A DNA stretch of 64,000 nt from Chiloscyllium plagiosum. Lineage: Eukaryota. Positions 1-11,819 of this stretch are shown here, piece after piece; position 1 is the stretch's first letter; each line of letters opens with the position of its first letter. The notes under the pieces are model-generated. The model was not told the DNA's origin and made no database searches. It worked only from the letters and a program-made list of their open reading frames with translations. A program made the position numbers and the translations under genes. The stretch is from the NCBI RefSeq assembly GCF_004010195.1, contig NC_057753.1, positions 9,344,341-9,408,340 on the forward strand. Direction: 5' to 3'.

Positions 1-74
1 TAATACGGAGGAGGGGGGGAGGGGGGGGAAGGGGGCATAGCTTTAAATCAAGCGGTGGTATTAATAGGACAGAT

Positions 75-292
75 GTTAGTGGTAGATTCTTTCCTCAGCG
101 AGTCGTGAGTTCATGGAATGCCCTGCCAGTAGCAGTGGTGGACTCTCCCTTTTTATGGACATTTAAACGGGCATTGGATAGGCATATGGAGGATAGTGGG
201 CTAGTGTAAGTTAGGTGGGCTTGGATCGGCGCAACATCGAGTGCCAAAGGGCCTGTACTGCGCTGTGTTTTTTCTATGTTCTATGTTCTATG
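75..292 (+). mobile_element. CR1 LINE 3' end with (TTCTATG)n tail
   Basis: RVVSSWNALP-type ORF2 end, 3' UTR 'aagggcctgtactgcgctgt' and a ttctatg microsatellite tail. Confidence 0.75.
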
Positions 293-870
293 TTGGGAGC
301 TCATGTTGCCACTGTACAGAATATTGGTCAGGCCACGTTTGGAATATTACATGTAATTTTGGTCTGCTTCCTATCGGAAAGATGTTGTGATACTAGAAAA
401 TGTTTACAAGGATGTTGCCATGATTTGAGGGTTGAGCTATAGGGCGAGGCTGAATAAAACTGTTTTCTCTGGGGCGTCGGAGGCTAAGGGGTGACCTTAT
501 AGAGGTTTATAAAATCATGAGGGATATGGAGAGGGCAAATAGACAAGTTCTTTTCCCTGGGATTGGTGAGTCCACAACTCGAGGGCATAGATTTAGGGAG
601 GGGAGGGGAAAGATATAGAAGGGACTTAAGGGGCATCCTTTACACGCAGAGGGTGATGCATGTACGGCATGAGCTGCTGGAGTAAGTGATGGAGGGTGTA
701 AAATTACAGCATTTAAAATGCATCGGGATGTGTATATGAATAGGAAGGTTTTATGTGGATTTGGGCCAAGTGCTGGCATATGGGACTAGATTAGGTTAGG
801 ATATCTGGGCTGCATGGACGAGTTGGACCGAAGGGCCTGTTTCCGTGCTGTATATCTGTGTCACTCTGTG
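293..870 (+). mobile_element. CR1/HER1 LINE 3' fragment
   Basis: Degenerate LYRILVRPRLEY and LRGDLIEVYKIMRG motifs plus 3' tail 'ggaccgaagggcctgtttccgtgctgta'. Confidence 0.8.
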
Positions 871-895
871 AGACTCCATGGGATTCTCTCGGAGT

Positions 896-1013
896 AAGTG
901 AGAACTGCTGGAGATCAGAGCTGAAAATGTGTTGCTGGAAAAGCGCAACAGGTCAGGCAGTATCCAAGGAGCAGGAGAATCGACGTTTCGGGCATGAGCC
1001 CTTCTTCAGGAAT
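896..1013 (-). mobile_element. Penelope-like terminal repeat with minimal hammerhead motif
   Basis: Minus strand ATTC-CTGAAGA-A-GGGC-TCAT-GCCC-GAAA-CG-TC-GA followed by the family tail seen at 5468, 58422 and 61072. Confidence 0.75.
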
Positions 1014-1462
1014 TTTTAGCTATAAACTATAAACATTCCCTTAGTTAAATATCGTGAAGTGTGAAGCCATTGTTTTAGTCCCCAACTTTGACCTGACCCC
1101 CGCCCATCCCCCCACCCCAGTAACTCTGTTGACATCCTTCATTTCACATTTAAAACTAGGATCGATAGATTCGTGATCAGTCGGGGATGAACAGTTACAG
1201 GAAAAGGGCAGGAAAGGGCATGTACGGAATGTCAGATCAGCCACAATCCTATTGAATGGAGAAGCAGGCTCAAGGGGTTGAATGGCATTTTCCTATTCCT
1301 ATTTCTTACAGTTCCCGAGCCCTTACGTCTGAAACAGGGTCCTGGCTTCAGTATGTACGATTACTGAGAGTGCTGATGTTCCCTTGTGTATTATCTACAA
1401 CTTAGAGCTGCTGAAACCTCTTGCTCCTTTGCGACCTCTAAACACAATAAGCCAATGTATCC

Positions 1463-1720
1463 AGGGGAGGTGATGGCCGACTTTATTGTCACCAGACTAT
1501 TCACCCAGGTAATGCTCTGGGGACCTGGGTTCAAAACCTACCTCGGAAGATGGTGGAATCTGAATTCAATATAAATCTGGAATGAAGAGTCTAATGATGA
1601 AACTGTTGTGGTTTGTTGTAAAGTCCTATCTGGTTTCCTGCTGTCCGAACCTGATCTGATCTGATCGACATGTGATTTCAGATCCACTGTCAGCTGGTTC
1701 AATCCTCACTGCCCTTTCAG
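1463..1720 (+). mobile_element. tRNA-headed SINE (non-HE1 family)
   Basis: B-box-like 'gggttcaaaacc' then 'gatggtggaatctgaattcaat'; related copies at ~46340-46620 (-) and ~55435-55725 (+). Confidence 0.55.
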
Positions 1721-2519
1721 TCAATTCTTAAAGCTCATCTTTTTTAACTATGATGTTGCCAGAATGATTTATAGACGGCATAGGCTGGGACTTTTTTTTC
1801 ACTGGAGTGTAAAAGGTTGAGGGTGGAGGTTATGGAGGTTTATGAAGTCATGAGGGACAAAGATAAGTTGAATAATCAGTGTCTTTTCCTGAAGGGGAGG
1901 GGAGTTCAAAGTTTGGGAGTATCTTTTTAAGATGAGAGGGAGAAGATTTAAAAATGATGGAGGGGGTTTTTTACATTGAAGGTGGTTCGTGTGTAGAATG
2001 AACTGTCAGAGGAAGTGGTGGATGCAGGGAATGTTACAATGTTTAATATTATTTGGATAAGTACATATGCAGGTGGGTCTAATTTCCCCCAGATATTCAA
2101 AGGGACAGCCAGTCGGCGGGGGGGGGGGGGGGGGCGAGGCAGGGCCACGTCTATCGTTGTTGTGTGGCATGTGTGACAGCTGCAACAAGACGTCCCAACT
2201 CCTGTGCTCAATGCTCTGACCAATGAAAGCAAGCATGCCAAAAGCCTTCTTCACCATCCTGTCTACACACGACTCCATTTTCTCGGAGCTAATAACCCGC
2301 AACCATAGATCTCCCTCAGTTTTGGTCCCCTTGGTGTTCTGACTTCTGACTTCTTCAACTCTGGATTTGTGTTGAACTTGATGGGATACTTTGTCCAACT
2401 CAGCATGTTTAAACAGTATCGCTCGGAGGGATTCATTTGAAACTTTTCAGGAGGTGAGCTCAACAAGATTGAACTATTCAAAGTTACTTAGATTCTATTT
2501 TAAACTTACATCAGGACCA

Positions 2520-2910
2520 GTAGTCAGAGACACGTACAGCATGGAAACAGACCGTTCGGTCCAACTTGTCCATGCTGACCTGATATCCTAAATTAATCTC
2601 GTCCCATTTGACAGCACCTGACCGATATCCTGTGGCAGCTCATTTCATATATATACCACCCACTGCATGAAGAAGTTGTCATTTAATATATTTTGCCTCT
2701 TACCCTAAACCTCTGCCCTCTAGTTCTGGACTCACCCATCCCAGGGAAAAGACATTGTCTATTACCCTAAGCATGCCCCTCATAATTTTGTAACATCTAT
2801 TAGGTCACTCCTCTGCCTCTGATGATCCAGTGAAAACAGTCCCAGCCTATTCAGCCTCTCCTGTAGCTCAAATCCTTCAAATCCCTGCAACATTCCCGTA
2901 AATCGTTTCT
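2520..2910 (-). mobile_element. CR1/HER1 LINE 3' fragment
   Basis: Reverse complement of the CR1 3' end motifs. Confidence 0.75.
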
Positions 2911-3034
2911 CATAGAGAAGTCAACGTTTCAGTCCTGAAGGAGGATTAATACCCAAAACGCTGACTACTCCACATTCTGGTGCTGCCTGGCTTGCTGTAT
3001 TCTCCCAATCTCCTGCTTGCCTGATTCGGCATGC

Positions 3035-3340
3035 AGTATGTAGTGGCTCAGTGGTTACCACTGCAGCCTCATAGTGCCAGGCGCCCAGGTTTGATTACAG
3101 CCTTGGGTGACTGTATGTGAGGAGTTTGCACTTTCTCCCAGCGTCTACGTTGGTTTTCTCTGGGTGATACTGTTTTCTTCCATAAACCAAAGATGTGCAG
3201 GTCTTGTGGATTGGCCATATTTTCTTGCCCGTAGAGTTATTTACATTAGTCAGAGGATAATTGGTCTGAATGGGATACTCTTCGGAGGGTCGGTGTGGAC
3301 TTGTTGGGACAAATTGCCTGTTTTCACACTAAAGCTAATC
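3035..3340 (+). mobile_element. HE1-like SINE
   Basis: tRNA head 'gtggctcagtggttaccactgcagcctca', core 'gagtttgcac', HER1-type tail. Confidence 0.75.
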
Positions 3341-3803
3341 TCGTCTACGCTACTTTTGTCACTAATGAATGGTAGAATAGACTCGACGGGCCGAATGGCC
3401 TAACTTCTGCTCCGATAGTCTTGCGGTCTCAGGTTTCTCTGGATCATTTCATTTGGCAATGAGCAGACCCGGGCTCATTGAGCAGCACTGTCCACTGAAA
3501 GCAAACCTCATAGGATGGTTCAACTCTGACAATGTGGAAACAGGTCCTTCAGCCCAATACATCCGGACTGATCTTCCGAAGAGTAACCCAGTCAGATCCA
3601 TTTTCCGACCATCCCTAAATTACACACAGACCCCGAAGGGTGGAATTATTACTTGGTTCTTGGTGCCATGAGGCAGAAGTGCAATCCCTGAGCCACCATA
3701 GGGTTGTGGTTGTGGGGTGTAGGGGAGTCATTTGCATTCCAGCAGAAAACAAAAACAGTCCACCTACTCTCCTACTGCACCACTGTCAGGACTGGCAGGT
3801 GGT

Positions 3804-4445
3804 TCAGTCCTGGGGGGTGACCGAAGGCAGCGCGTCACCGGTGGGATCTGATTGCTGGGAGCGTTGGTGCCCCTGCTGGTGCTTCCGCAAGTTGTAGGAA
3901 AGTATGAACCTCTTCCCACACTCGGCCGAGCTGAAGGGCCTTTCCCCGGTGTAGACACACTGGTGCTTCAGCAGGGCGGAGGAATTGCTGAAGGCCTTCC
4001 CGCACTCAGGGCAGCAGAATGGGCTCCTCCCCCCCTCCGCCACCGCCCTCCGCCCCAACCCCCGGGTGGATCAGCTGGTGCTTCAGCAGTGTGGAGGAGC
4101 GAGTAAAGCCCTTCCCACACTCGGGGCAGGAGAACGCTTCTCCCCAGTGTCGAGGGACTAGTGACTCAGCAGGGCTGATGAATTGCTGAAGGCCTTCCTG
4201 CACTTAGGGCAACTGAACGACATCTCCCCGATGTGGACCCACTAGTGGGCCAGCAGGTTGGAAGAAAGAGCAAAGCCCTCCCTGCACTCGGGGCAGAAGA
4301 ACGGCCACTCCTCAGTGTGGACCCACTGGTGTATCAGCAGGTGGGAAAAACTGGTGAAGGCCATCTCGCACTTGGGGCCGGCGAACGGCCTTCCCCGGTG
4401 TGGACCAACTGGTGCGTCAGCAGGGCAGAGGAATCACTGAAGGCT
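3804..4445 (-). pseudogene. C2H2 zinc-finger pseudogene (~6.5 fingers, 5' truncated)
   Basis: [18 protein letters not shown] repeats with in-frame stops, frameshifts and a GC-rich insertion; the 5' end abuts a Penelope fragment. Confidence 0.9.
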
Positions 4446-4760
4446 TAGAGGAAACCTACAACACCATCAACAATATCCTTACTGGCATAAAATTCACAAA
4501 ATAGGAGAACAACAACAAAGTGCCATTTCTAGATGTCACAGTAGAGCGAACAGTCAATGGTAAATTCAAAACAGCGTCTACAGGAAAACATCGCACGCGA
4601 ACCAAGCACTTAACGACAGAAGCAATCACCCCTACACATCCAAACTAACCTGAATCAGGACAGTATTTCAACGGGCCACTCCACACTGCAGCACCCAAGA
4701 ACGACGAAGATCAATAAATAACTGTACAGCGCATTTGAGGAGAACGGGCAACCTACAAAC
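4446..4760 (+). mobile_element. Penelope-like reverse transcriptase fragment
   Basis: Degenerate IKFT..PFLDVTVER..SVYRK..HP motif of PLE RT; same family as 25140-25860 and 25880-26165. Confidence 0.75.
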
Positions 4761-4774
4761 CCTCTGAAAATTGC

Positions 4775-4846
4775 TTCCCTGACCCGGAATCGAACCCGGG
4801 CCGCGGCGGTGAAAGCGCCAAACCCTAACCACTAGACCACCAGGGA
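4775..4846 (-). tRNA. tRNA-Glu(TTC), near-intact
   Basis: TCCCTGGTGGTCTAGTGGTTAGGGTTTGGCGCTTTCACCGCCGCGGCCCGGGTTCGATTCCGGGTCAGGGAA; 72 nt, A and B boxes, T4 terminator just downstream; one G:G mismatch in the T-stem. Confidence 0.8.
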
Positions 4847-4883
4847 GATGCGATTAAATGCTGACAGCTGAACTGAAAATTTC

Positions 4884-4915
4884 TTCCCTGCCCAGAAATC
4901 GAATTCTGGCCACAG
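4884..4915 (-). pseudogene. tRNA-Glu 3' half relic
   Basis: GGCCAGAATTCGATTTCTGGGCAGGGAA plus an AATTTTCAG trailer like the full gene; 5' half replaced by a Penelope sequence. Confidence 0.55.
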
Positions 4916-4927
4916 GGGTAAGAAGGC

Positions 4928-5552
4928 TTTCACCTGTGCATCCAACAATGTCATTTCTTGTATTCATTGCTCCCGATATGGTCCCCTCTACATTGGGGGG
5001 ACTGGAGACTCCTCGCAGAGTCAAGTCACAGCGCTTGAGGGAACATCTCCAGGACACCCGCAACAATCAACCCCATCGCCCTCTGGAACAACATTTCAAC
5101 CCCCCCTCCCACTCTGCCGAGGACATGCAGGTCCTGGGCCTCCTCCATCGCCGCTCTCTCCCCACCCGATGCCTGGAGGATGAACGCCTCATCTTCCGCC
5201 TCAGATAAATTCAACCCCAGGACATCAATGTGGACTTCACCAGTTTCCTCATTTCCCCTCCCCCACCTTACCTCAGTTCCAACCTTCCACCTCAGCGCTG
5301 TCCTCATGACCTGTCCTACCTGCCAATCTCCCTTCCCACCGATCCGCTCCACCCTCCTCTCTGATCTGTCACCTCCATCCCCACCCCCATTCACCTATTG
5401 TTCTCTTTGCTACTTTCGGCCCAGCAACCCCCAATTTATCTCTCTACCCTGGAGGCGTGCTGCCATTATTCCTGATGAAGGGCTTTTGCCCGAAACGTCG
5501 ATTTTCCTGCTTCTCGGAAGCTGTCTGACCTGCTGTGCTTTTCCAGCACCAA
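4928..5552 (+). mobile_element. Penelope-like element 3' part (GIY-YIG remnant + terminal repeat)
   Basis: CIHCSR..LYIG / EHL..TR..QHFN..SHS..DM.VLGL..RLIFRL motifs followed by a hammerhead-bearing terminus. Confidence 0.85.
5468..5501 (+). ncRNA. Minimal type-I hammerhead ribozyme motif
   Basis: CTGATGA (5472-5478), stem II GGGC/GCCC, GAAA (5492-5495), palindromic ACGT helix III, UC cleavage site, short helix I TC/GA. Confidence 0.65.
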
Positions 5553-5559
5553 TCAGTCT

Positions 5560-5790
5560 GCTGATTTCTCATCAACAAATTGACACAAGCAGACAAAACG
5601 TGTGCATAAACCCTAGCCACAATACATTACATTAAAGACATCTGTGAAATGATGTCCAGACAACTCAATCCTCTCAGCATCATGGTAGCCCACAAACCTA
5701 CCAACACACTTGAACAGCGGTTAATAAACCTGAAATACCCGATACAAACAACCAGCAAACGAATGTTAATTACAAAATACCACGCAAGGA
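5560..5790 (+). mobile_element. Penelope-like element fragment
   Basis: YIKDICEMMSRQL..I.VAHKPTNTL linker motif of PLE ORFs. Confidence 0.6.
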
Positions 5791-6722
5791 AATATATACA
5801 TGAACTCTGCCGCACAGTTCTCTGTGGCAAGAAATGTTGGAATGAGATAAAGAAGATTTTTTCAGCCAAAACGAATCGGCACTGACTGGACAGCCATTTA
5901 AAATCAACGCTGTCAGCCCAGGATGGAAGATCCGCAGGGATGAACAGTTTTCTTATTTCTTGAAGATTTACAAAGCTGAGACTGGGTTTTGGTGTTTGTT
6001 CCCTTTCCACTCCCAGCAGCCGCAGTGGTTGGGGCGGTGAGTTGGGGAAAGTGAAATGTGCTCACGAGCAGCGTGTGGGGCTATTTCAGCTTCCCCTCCT
6101 CTGACAGCGCTGTGACGGGACTCTGATGTTCTCAGGGACACTTACTGACGCGAGGCAGTGAAAAGAGTCTCGTCCCTGCAAATCAGGAATTCAAACTGAC
6201 TTCAGGACAATGAGAAAGAATAATTGGGGTGTGTGAAGAAGCTGCGAGCTGCATTTCAAACAGGTAGGTGGAGTCAGATGCGTCATCCATTGCGCCTCGG
6301 CACTCGGCGGACCTGACGCCGCCATGTTGCCGATTTCTGACGTTAACACGGACATGCACAGCAATGGGAATATTCACAAGGTGAACAGCCAAAGATAATC
6401 ACCGTCACTGCGTCCCTTCCATAGTCCCAACTTTGTGAAGCAGTATCTTTCACTGGCAAATAAAACACCTTTGTCCTCAGGTGCCTGCTTCATTTCGATC
6501 ACGACTTCACGCCCCTCACTGTTCAAGTCTCATTTCCAAACACTTGGCTCATCGCCTCAAAAGCAGCTCTGTGGGTATCTGCTTGTTCCGCCCTGACAGG
6601 CAGTGGGTGGCAGATTCCCGACCAGTCCCAATGTGATTGAAATATTTCAACCCCTCCACTGATTTGCATTTTTTAAAAAACCGTGGAGCAATCTCCCTTT
6701 CCTTTTGACGACAGTTCTCAAC

Positions 6723-6805
6723 TGCAGTCGGCAGGGTTCACACCTGCGTGGGGAAACCGCAATGGATTTCACGTCCATCGCATTAACCACTCGGCCCACC
6801 AATAC
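6723..6805 (-). pseudogene. tRNA-Ser(TGA) pseudogene
   Basis: Aligns to the vertebrate Ser-TGA sequence (GGCCGAGTGGTTAA..GATGGAC.TGAAATCCATT, long variable arm); T-loop mutated to GGTGTGAACC. Confidence 0.8.
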
Positions 6806-7299
6806 AGAACCACACTGACAGCTTCATTTCCCAGGTCTCTCTGCCTGTGGAGCTGAGAAAGAGTGAATCATTGCAGAGTTTGTTTGAATCAATCACTTCA
6901 TAGGTTTCGAAAGGGTTAAATATCTTCAAATGGCGAGTCTGCGTGTTTCATCCCGAAAGATGAAATGGGCGTGCAGTTAAAAACAAAAACAAAAATTGCA
7001 GGAGCAACTCAGCAGGTCAGGCAGCATCTGTGGAAAGATAATCAGAGACAACATTTCAGAACTCTTTTTTTTCCTCATCCAGGTACAGCCAAACCTGCTG
7101 AGTTTCTCCAGCAGTTTGTCTTTCTGTCTCGGATTCTCAGCATCCGCAGTCCTTTACGTTAGAAATTAAGTCAATTCAGAAACCCCACTGAGCTTCCTCA
7201 GTGGAGAAGAATTCCGTTTGGGAAACATTTTCCTGACACCATTAAAAACGCGCACCTTCGCAGCCAAGAAAGCAGTCGGAGCGAGAACAGCAAACACTC

Positions 7300-7373
7300 T
7301 GGCCCTGGGTGGTCTTGAACCACCAACCTCTCAATTAACAGCCGAATGCGTTGACCAATTGCGCTACAGAGAC
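7300..7373 (-). pseudogene. tRNA-Asn(GTT), degenerate
   Basis: GTCTCTGTAGCGCAATTGGTCAACGCATTCGGCTGTTAATTGAGAGGTTGGTGGTTCAAGACCACCCAGGGCCA; many CpG-type transitions. Confidence 0.8.
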
Positions 7374-8934
7374 AGGTCCACGTGACGCCCGCACAGTGTC
7401 TTTGAGGAAGCTACTATTCAATTCATAATTCAACCTGCCCCGCCCAAAATTACTTGGCTTCTATCAGTTTTACCTTTCCATAATTATGCCTTGGACATTC
7501 ATTGTGGAGACATGGGAACAGTCTGATCCCAAAACTTGCAGGCACATCCATGTCACGAGGACCTAGTCTTCCTACACCGGGGCCATCGCCCTCCGAGCCT
7601 TTCAGTGTTTTGCCTCTTACCGAATTTTCTCATTGTCTCCGAGCTGAGAAGGGGTTTGAATTCCTGATGCGCAGAGCATTCTTTCAATATCTCAGATCAG
7701 TTCATGTCCCGAGAATATCAGAGTCAAACTCCCGGCCTCTTAAACAAGGGGACAATGTCTGGACTGTCTCTGCTCAGTCGGACAGTTCATCCTTCATTGT
7801 CCTCTAATTCCACTTCCCAAAGAGTTTCTAAAGATTCACAAAGCTGGAGACTGGAATTTCTCTTTTACTTCTGAACATTTTTCCACCTGCTAACTGACAA
7901 TATTTTGCCAAAACCTCTTCCCAATGGTAACACTTGTATCATGTCCAGCGAGGAGGAATTTCCATTTTGTGGAGACATTCCCAAATTTGGGAATGTTCTC
8001 TTTGGAGCAAAGAAGGTTAACTGGAGATTTCCAGGGGCTGTTGGCAATGATGGGAGAAGTGGTGGGAATGGGCAGGTTAATGATCAGAAGTACCTATTGC
8101 CTCTGTTTAGGGTCAGTTACCAGAGGACAGGGATTGAAGTTCTTTAATGGAAAGCAGCATTTGTGTAGAACAAACACAGCGAATACTGCAGAAAGCCGAC
8201 GGGTCGAGCTGCATCTGTGGAAAGGTAAACAGAGCCGACGTTTTGAGTGTGCTACGGTTTTTGTTCAGAACTCAGTGTTTTGCCTCTTCCCGAAGTTGGT
8301 CCAGGTCTGTGTCTCAATTGGCAAACACATGGCAAGTGCAGTGCCGTAATGTGAAGTTATAGCCTTTGCTGTTTAAAAAAAAGCAGTGCATTGTTTAAAT
8401 GGTGATATATTGGAATGTGGAGAAAGTGAGGACTCGAGGTGAAGATCGAAAAATGTGGCACTGGAAAAGCACATCAGGTCAGGCAGCATCTGTGGAGCAG
8501 GACAGTGAACGTTTCGGGCACAAGCCCTTCAACAGGAATGATGTATGGATGTACAAAGGGGTCTCAGAGTGCCTCTACACCAGTCAATGCCAGTTGTCGG
8601 GCAGATGCAGCATGCAATGAGCGAGGCAAGTGGTATATTACGAAGAGGAATTGAGTTCAGAAGTGGGGTCATTGAACATATTCAAGGCGAAGTTCACCTG
8701 AGTTTTGAACAACAAAGAAGTGGATGGTTGTGGGGGGAGGTAAGAAAATGGTTTTAAGACCAGTACAGGTCAGTCACAGAGTCAGACAGCACTGAACAGA
8801 CCCTTCATCCAACTAGTCCATGCTGAGTATGTTCTCAAACTAAACTCGTCCCACCTACCAGTGTTTGGCCCATAAACCTTCGAACCTTTCGTATTCATGC
8901 ACTTATCCAAATGTCTTTTAAACATCGGAGCTGT

Positions 8935-9300
8935 GCATGTATAAAATCATGAGGGGCATGGATAGGATAACTAGACAAAGTCTTTTCCCTGGAGTGGGGG
9001 AGTCCAGAACGAGAGGGCGTGGGTTTAGAGTTAGAGGGGAAAGATACAAAAGAGATCTAAGGGGCAACTTTTTCATCCAGAGGATGGTACGTTTATTGAA
9101 TGAACTGCCAGAGGAAGTGGTGAAGGCTAGTACGATTGCAACATTTAAAAGGCATTTGGTTAGGTATATGAATAGGAAGGGTTTGGAGGGATATGGGGCC
9201 GTGTGCTGTCAGGTGGGACGAGATTGGTTTGGGATAGTTGGTCGGCATGGACAAGTTGGACCAAACAGTCTGTTTCTGTGCTGTACATCTCTATGACACT
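8935..9300 (+). mobile_element. CR1/HER1 LINE 3' end
   Basis: YKIMRGMDR..SRTRG..FKRHL..YMNRKG plus 3' tail. Confidence 0.85.
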
Positions 9301-9675
9301 ATGACCTCCTCTGGACATTCATTCTGCACTCAGACCACTCTCTTAAAAAAAATCCTTGTCCTGTCTTTATAAACTCTTTTTCTACTCACCTCAAAATATT
9401 TGTTCCCTGATCTTGAAACCTCCACCTGAGGGAAAGGACACCTGTTGTTCACCTCATCCGTATCCCTCATGATTTTATAATCCTCTATAAGGTCATCTCT
9501 CAATCTCCTATGTTCCAGTGAGAAAAGTTCCAGCCTATCCACCCGAGATGTAGGTATATTCATATCCAGTTACGAAGTGTTCAATGCTGGTGTAGGCTGG
9601 AAAGATCAAGTGGTCTACTCCTGTTCCCAATTTTTCCTGGCTGTTACGTTTCTCAGCACCATTCTCCCATTTTTT

Positions 9676-10544
9676 CCCCGCAACTCTCAACCCTTGATAC
9701 TCTATCTCAGTGATAAACATAGTCAGTGACCTGGCCTCCACAGCTTTCTGTGACAATGAATTCCATAGATTCACCACTCTCTGGCTTCAGAAATTTCTCC
9801 TAATCTCCATTCTCCCTTTATGCTGAGGCTATGCCCATGGGTATTAGTCTCTCCTCCCAATGAAAATATCTTCCCAATGTCCACTCTGTCCAGGCTGTTC
9901 AATATTCTGTACGTTTCAGTTAGATCCCCCTTGAATGTGGGTCTGTTAATCAGCATGAACCAAACCCTTCAGGATGAGGACAGCCGGGATTAGGTTCAAC
10001 AAAGTGATAATGGAGGGAGAGTGTGTGGGATGGAGATTTTCAGCTTTTAGGGAATAAGAGAGGAAAGAAAGTTTAATATAAATTATAATTGATCAGATGG
10101 GCCGATGGGTTCCCCGCAACTCTCAACCCTTGATACTCTATCTCAGTGATAAACATAGTCAGTGACCTGGCCTCCACAGCTTTCTGTGACAATGAATTCC
10201 ATAGATTCACCACTCTCTGGCTAAGAAATTTCTCCTAATCTCCATTCTCCTTTTATGCTGAGGCTATGCCCATGGGTATTAGTCTCTCCTCCCAATGAAA
10301 ATTTCTTCCCAATGTCCACTCTGTCCAGGCTGTTCAATATTCTGTACTTTTCAGTTAGATCCCCCTTGAATGTGGGTCTGTTAATCAGCATGAACCAAAC
10401 CCTTCAGGATGAGGACAGCAGGGATTAGGTTCAACAAAGTGAGAATGGAGGGAGAGTGTGTGGGATGGAGATTTTCAGCTTTCAGGGAATAAGAGAGGAA
10501 AGAAAGTTTAATATAAATTATAATTGATCAGATGGGCCGATGGG
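9676..10544. repeat. Direct tandem duplication, ~435-bp unit x2
   Basis: 'ccccgcaactctcaacc...gatgggccgatggg' repeated with few substitutions. Confidence 0.85.
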
Positions 10545-11345
10545 CCAAGGAGTGGTGGATGGAATTTAATTTAGACAAATATGAGCTGTTGCATTTTGAT
10601 GAGGCAAATCAGGGCAGGACCTATGTGGTTAATGGTAAATTCCTGGGGAGTGTTGCAGAACAAAGAAACCTCGGAAATCAAGTTCATAGTTCCTTGAAAG
10701 TGGAGTTGCAAGTCGATAGGATAGCAAGGAAGGCGTCTGGTACGCTCTCCTTTATTGGTCAGAACACTGAGTATAGGAGTTTAGAGGTAATGTTGTGGCT
10801 GCACAGGACATTGGAAAGGCCACTTTTGAAATACCGCACTCAGTTCTGGTTTCCTTGCTGTCGGAAAGGTGTTGTGAAACTTGAAAGGGTTCGGAAAAGA
10901 TTTAGGAGGTTGTTGCCAGAGTTAGAGGGTTTGAGCTACAGGGAGAGGCTGAATAGGCTGGGGCTGTATTCCCTGGAGCGTCTGTGACCATTCGAAGTTT
11001 ATAAGGGGCATTTATAAGAGGTGAATAACGGAGATATTTTCACCAGGATATGGGAGTCCTAAAGTAGAGAGTATAAGTTTGAGGTGAGGGGGGAAGACAT
11101 TAAAGGGACCTGAGGGGCAGCATTTCCATGCAGAGGGTGATGTGTATATGGAACGAGCTGCCAGAGGAAATGGTGGAGGTTGGTACAATTACAATATTTA
11201 AAGGCATCTGGATGGGTATATGAATAGGAAGGGTTGAGAGGGTTATGGGACAAATGCTGGCAAATGGGACGAGATTAATTTTGGATATCTGGTTGGCACG
11301 GACGAGTTGGACGAAGGGTCTGTTTCCGTGCTGCATGACTCTAAT
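10525..11345 (+). mobile_element. CR1/HER1 LINE ORF2 3' fragment
   Basis: WAKEW.MEFNLDK..LHF, RPLLKY..QFW motifs plus tail. Confidence 0.85.
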
Positions 11346-11819
11346 GATCTTTGGTGAAAGCTGAAGTGTCGTTGTGAAGAGTGGACTTTCAGAAGCAGCT
11401 TTCAAAGATGTTTTTCCCTGACGAGGATCAGAAATCTTCCATTTGTGAGATAGCAGCTGGGTGAGTGAGTACATCCAGGATTTTGTTAGAAAGTGGGAAT
11501 TCATTGCACTTTCATGAAGTGTTTTAAGTTTTCCCGGCAGTAAGTACAATGTGCTGAGCGGGGAGCCTAGTGAAGGGTTAGGTGGGTTTTTGTTTTAAAC
11601 TGCTCATTTCTGTCAGGCTCCAACATTGTAGTTCCAATGCTGTCAATCACTAGAAATGATTAAGCATTGAGATAACACACATACAAGAGGGCCGGGTGGG
11701 ATTTGTCTTTCCGTTTGTGGAAGATTTGACATTCTGGGTGCTGTGATCTGGACAAACATAGCTGCAGTATATCATTGAATCCCTACAGTGCGGAAGCAGG
11801 CCATTCAGGCCATCAAGCC

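Larger units (their letters stand above)
2316..7179. repeat. Left arm of large inverted segmental duplication (pairs with 22672-28650)
   Basis: Collinear reverse-complement match covering CR1, SINE, ZF pseudogene, tRNA-Glu, Penelope and tRNA-Ser; roughly 85-90% identical by eye. Confidence 0.9.

Noticed and set aside
7500..8150. Several short ORFs in unique-looking DNA
   Set aside because: No recognisable domain or supported splice structure
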